Shown here: piece by piece, positions 62,192 to 64,000 of the stretch
Layout: the number at the start of each line of letters is the position of its first letter
How positions within the stretch are numbered: position 1 is the stretch's first letter
Assembly (NCBI GenBank): GCA_963755715.1
Contig: CAVWLW010000043.1
Location: 96,001 to 160,000 of the forward strand
Source of the DNA: an uncultured delta proteobacterium
GTDB lineage: Bacteria > Desulfobacterota > Binatia > UBA9968
DNA length: 64,000 bases
Direction of reading: 5' to 3'
Translations under genes and position numbers: made by a program
The notes under the pieces: generated by a model
The model's database searches: none
Told to the model about the DNA's origin: nothing
Seen by the model: the letters and a program-made list of their open reading frames with translations, nothing else

Positions 62192-62386
62192 ATGTCGCGC
62201 ATCACTGTGGAAGATTGTCTCCAAAAAATTAACAACCGGTTTGAGTTGGTCATGCTTGCGTCGAAACGGGCACGACAGCTCTTCAGGGGCGCAAAGCCTT
62301 TGATCGAATCCGAGAATCGTGAGGTCGTGGTGGCATTGCGAGAAATCGCGGAAGGTAAAGTTAAAAAGGGTTCAGATCAGATTTGA
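62192..62386 (+). CDS. rpoZ: RNA polymerase omega subunit
   Basis: [28 protein letters not shown]...ALREIAEG. Confidence 0.95.
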   Translation: MSRITVEDCLQKINNRFELVMLASKRARQLFRGAKPLIESENREVVVALREIAEGKVKKGSDQI

Positions 62387-62526
62387 TCAACCGCGGATTT
62401 TCTCGACAACTTTACGCCTCTTGCCAGTTTTACCCAGTATTTCAATAACCAAAGGTCGATCATTTTGAACCGGCCGACTGTCCTCGCGCCACCAAGTCTT
62501 TGGCGGTGAGGGTACCCAAACCACTC

Positions 62527-63489
62527 ATGGCCGAAGAAGACAAAACCGCCGAACTTACCTTTCCATTTCCAGACGTCAACTTGCCGGAAACTGCGCAGGG
62601 TGAAGAAGGAGAGGCCGATGCAAAAACCAAGGCCCTCGTTCCCTTCGACCCACTACAACGATATCTGACGGAAATTCGTCGTTTCAAGCTGCTCAGCCGC
62701 GAGGAAGAACACCGCCTGGCGGTGCAATACAAAGAATACGGTGACCTCGAAGCTGCCTACAAACTAGTAACCGCCAATCTTCGCCTGGTTGTCATGATTG
62801 CCCGGGAGTATCAGAAGGCGTTTAAGACTCTTCTCGATTTGATCCAAGAAGGCAATATGGGTCTTATGGAGGCGGTCAAGAATTTCGATCCGTACCGAGG
62901 CGTTCGCTTTCCCTCCTACGCCGTTTGGTGGATACGCGCCTACATGATCCGCTATATCATGAACGACTGGCGCATGGTGAAAATCGGCACGACGCAAGCG
63001 CAGCGAAAATTATTTTTCAATCTGCAAAAAGAAAAAGAAAAGATCGAGGCCGAGGGGCTCATGCCCGGGCCCAAGTTGTTGGCGCAGCGGCTCCAAGTCA
63101 AAGAAGACGAAGTCGTCGAGATGGAGCAACGGCTCGCCAGCCGTGACCTCTCGGTCGACGTGCCGATCGGCGGTGATGACGACGAAGCGACGATGCTCAG
63201 CTTCTTGCCCGATAACAAACAGACGCCGGAGCAACAGTTCGCCGACGCGCAGTATCATGAATTGCTGCACGACAAAATGGAGCAATTTGCCAAAACGCTC
63301 AAGGACAAGGAACTGGTGATTTACCGCGAGCGGCTTTTGAACGAAGAGCCGGCGACCCTGCGCGAGATTGGTGAAAAATACGGCATCAGCCGCGAGCGCG
63401 TTCGGCAAATCGAGGAGCGGGTCAAGAAAAAGCTCAAGACTTATCTCAAAGGATTCAAGGATATGAACGAAAGCTCGGGTGTGGAATAG
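62527..63489 (+). CDS. rpoH: Heat-shock sigma factor (sigma-32)
   Basis: DLIQEGNMGL, YAVWWIRA, RpoH box TTQAQRKLFFNL, ISRERVRQIE. Confidence 0.9.
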   Translation: MAEEDKTAELTFPFPDVNLPETAQGEEGEADAKTKALVPFDPLQRYLTEIRRFKLLSREEEHRLAVQYKEYGDLEAAYKLVTANLRLVVMIAREYQKAFKTLLDLIQEGNMGLMEAVKNFDPYRGVRFPSYAVWWIRAYMIRYIMNDWRMVKIGTTQAQRKLFFNLQKEKEKIEAEGLMPGPKLLAQRLQVKEDEVVEMEQRLASRDLSVDVPIGGDDDEATMLSFLPDNKQTPEQQFADAQYHELLHDKMEQFAKTLKDKELVIYRERLLNEEPATLREIGEKYGISRERVRQIEERVKKKLKTYLKGFKDMNESSGVE

Positions 63490-63652
63490 GTCGTTTCGTT
63501 AACCCCGCGTTCCATCCTTTCTTCCCCATCGATTGCTTCATCGACGTTATTCACTTCGCGCAGCCCTAATATGGAGCGCGCCGATACGATTGCTTGCGAG
63601 TTTTGCGCTCTTCTGATAGCAAAAAAGGAATCCCTTTTTCGGAGGAAGCTCT

Positions 63653-64000
63653 TTGCAATTTCAAAAAGAAGTCGAAATCCTCGCGCCGCGAGAAAAAGTT
63701 TGGCAATTTATCTGGGACGTCGACCGCTTTATCGCCTGTGTGCCGGGTTGCAAGGATGCGAAGACGATCGAGGCGGGAAAACGGTACGCGGCGACGATGG
63801 TAGAAAAGGTCGGTCCGTTCAAAGTCGAATTTCCAACGACCATCGAAGTTCTCGAGCGCGAGGAGCTGACCCGGATCAAGGCGCAGGCGTCGGGCGCCGA
63901 CAACAAGATCGGCAGCCGCATGAAGCTCGATTTGGACGTGCATCTGCGCGAAGAGGGAGACAAAACGATTCTTGGTTTTGTCGCCGGGGTCGACATCTTG
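63653..64000 (+). CDS. CoxG / SRPBCC family protein (runs off window end)
   Basis: GGAGG RBS, TTG start: MQFQKEVEILAPREKVWQFIWDVDRFIACVPGC...KVGPFKV. Confidence 0.8.
   Translation, partial: MQFQKEVEILAPREKVWQFIWDVDRFIACVPGCKDAKTIEAGKRYAATMVEKVGPFKVEFPTTIEVLEREELTRIKAQASGADNKIGSRMKLDLDVHLREEGDKTILGFVAGVDIL

Overview
GC-rich bacterial chromosome segment of mostly core and metabolic genes. The gene content resembles Deltaproteobacteria-like lineages such as Ca. Binatia; this is an inference. It holds a TesA/YbbAP module, an M1 aminopeptidase, two TetR-linked efflux operons, a more AT-rich accessory block at about 21.9-30 kb (orphan histidine kinase, IS200 remnant, sulfotransferase-like and NMP-kinase-like genes), tandem exported methyltransferases, an ECF-sigma-led alkylation-repair operon, a Dpp/Gsi-type ABC transporter, ccsA-hemACDB, rpoZ and rpoH. 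Many genes carry single-base frameshifts that look like long-read assembly errors. Main result: two genes the ORF track splits or truncates contain an in-frame TGA exactly at the catalytic Cys position, each followed by a bacterial SECIS-like hairpin. They are a Sec-containing omega-like glutathione S-transferase (42061-42633) and a signal-peptide-bearing, Cys-free 1-Sec peroxiredoxin (54365-54910). The peroxiredoxin lies upstream of a cytochrome c' gene and just behind a NarL/LuxR regulator with two candidate binding boxes. No rRNA, tRNA or CRISPR array was seen.
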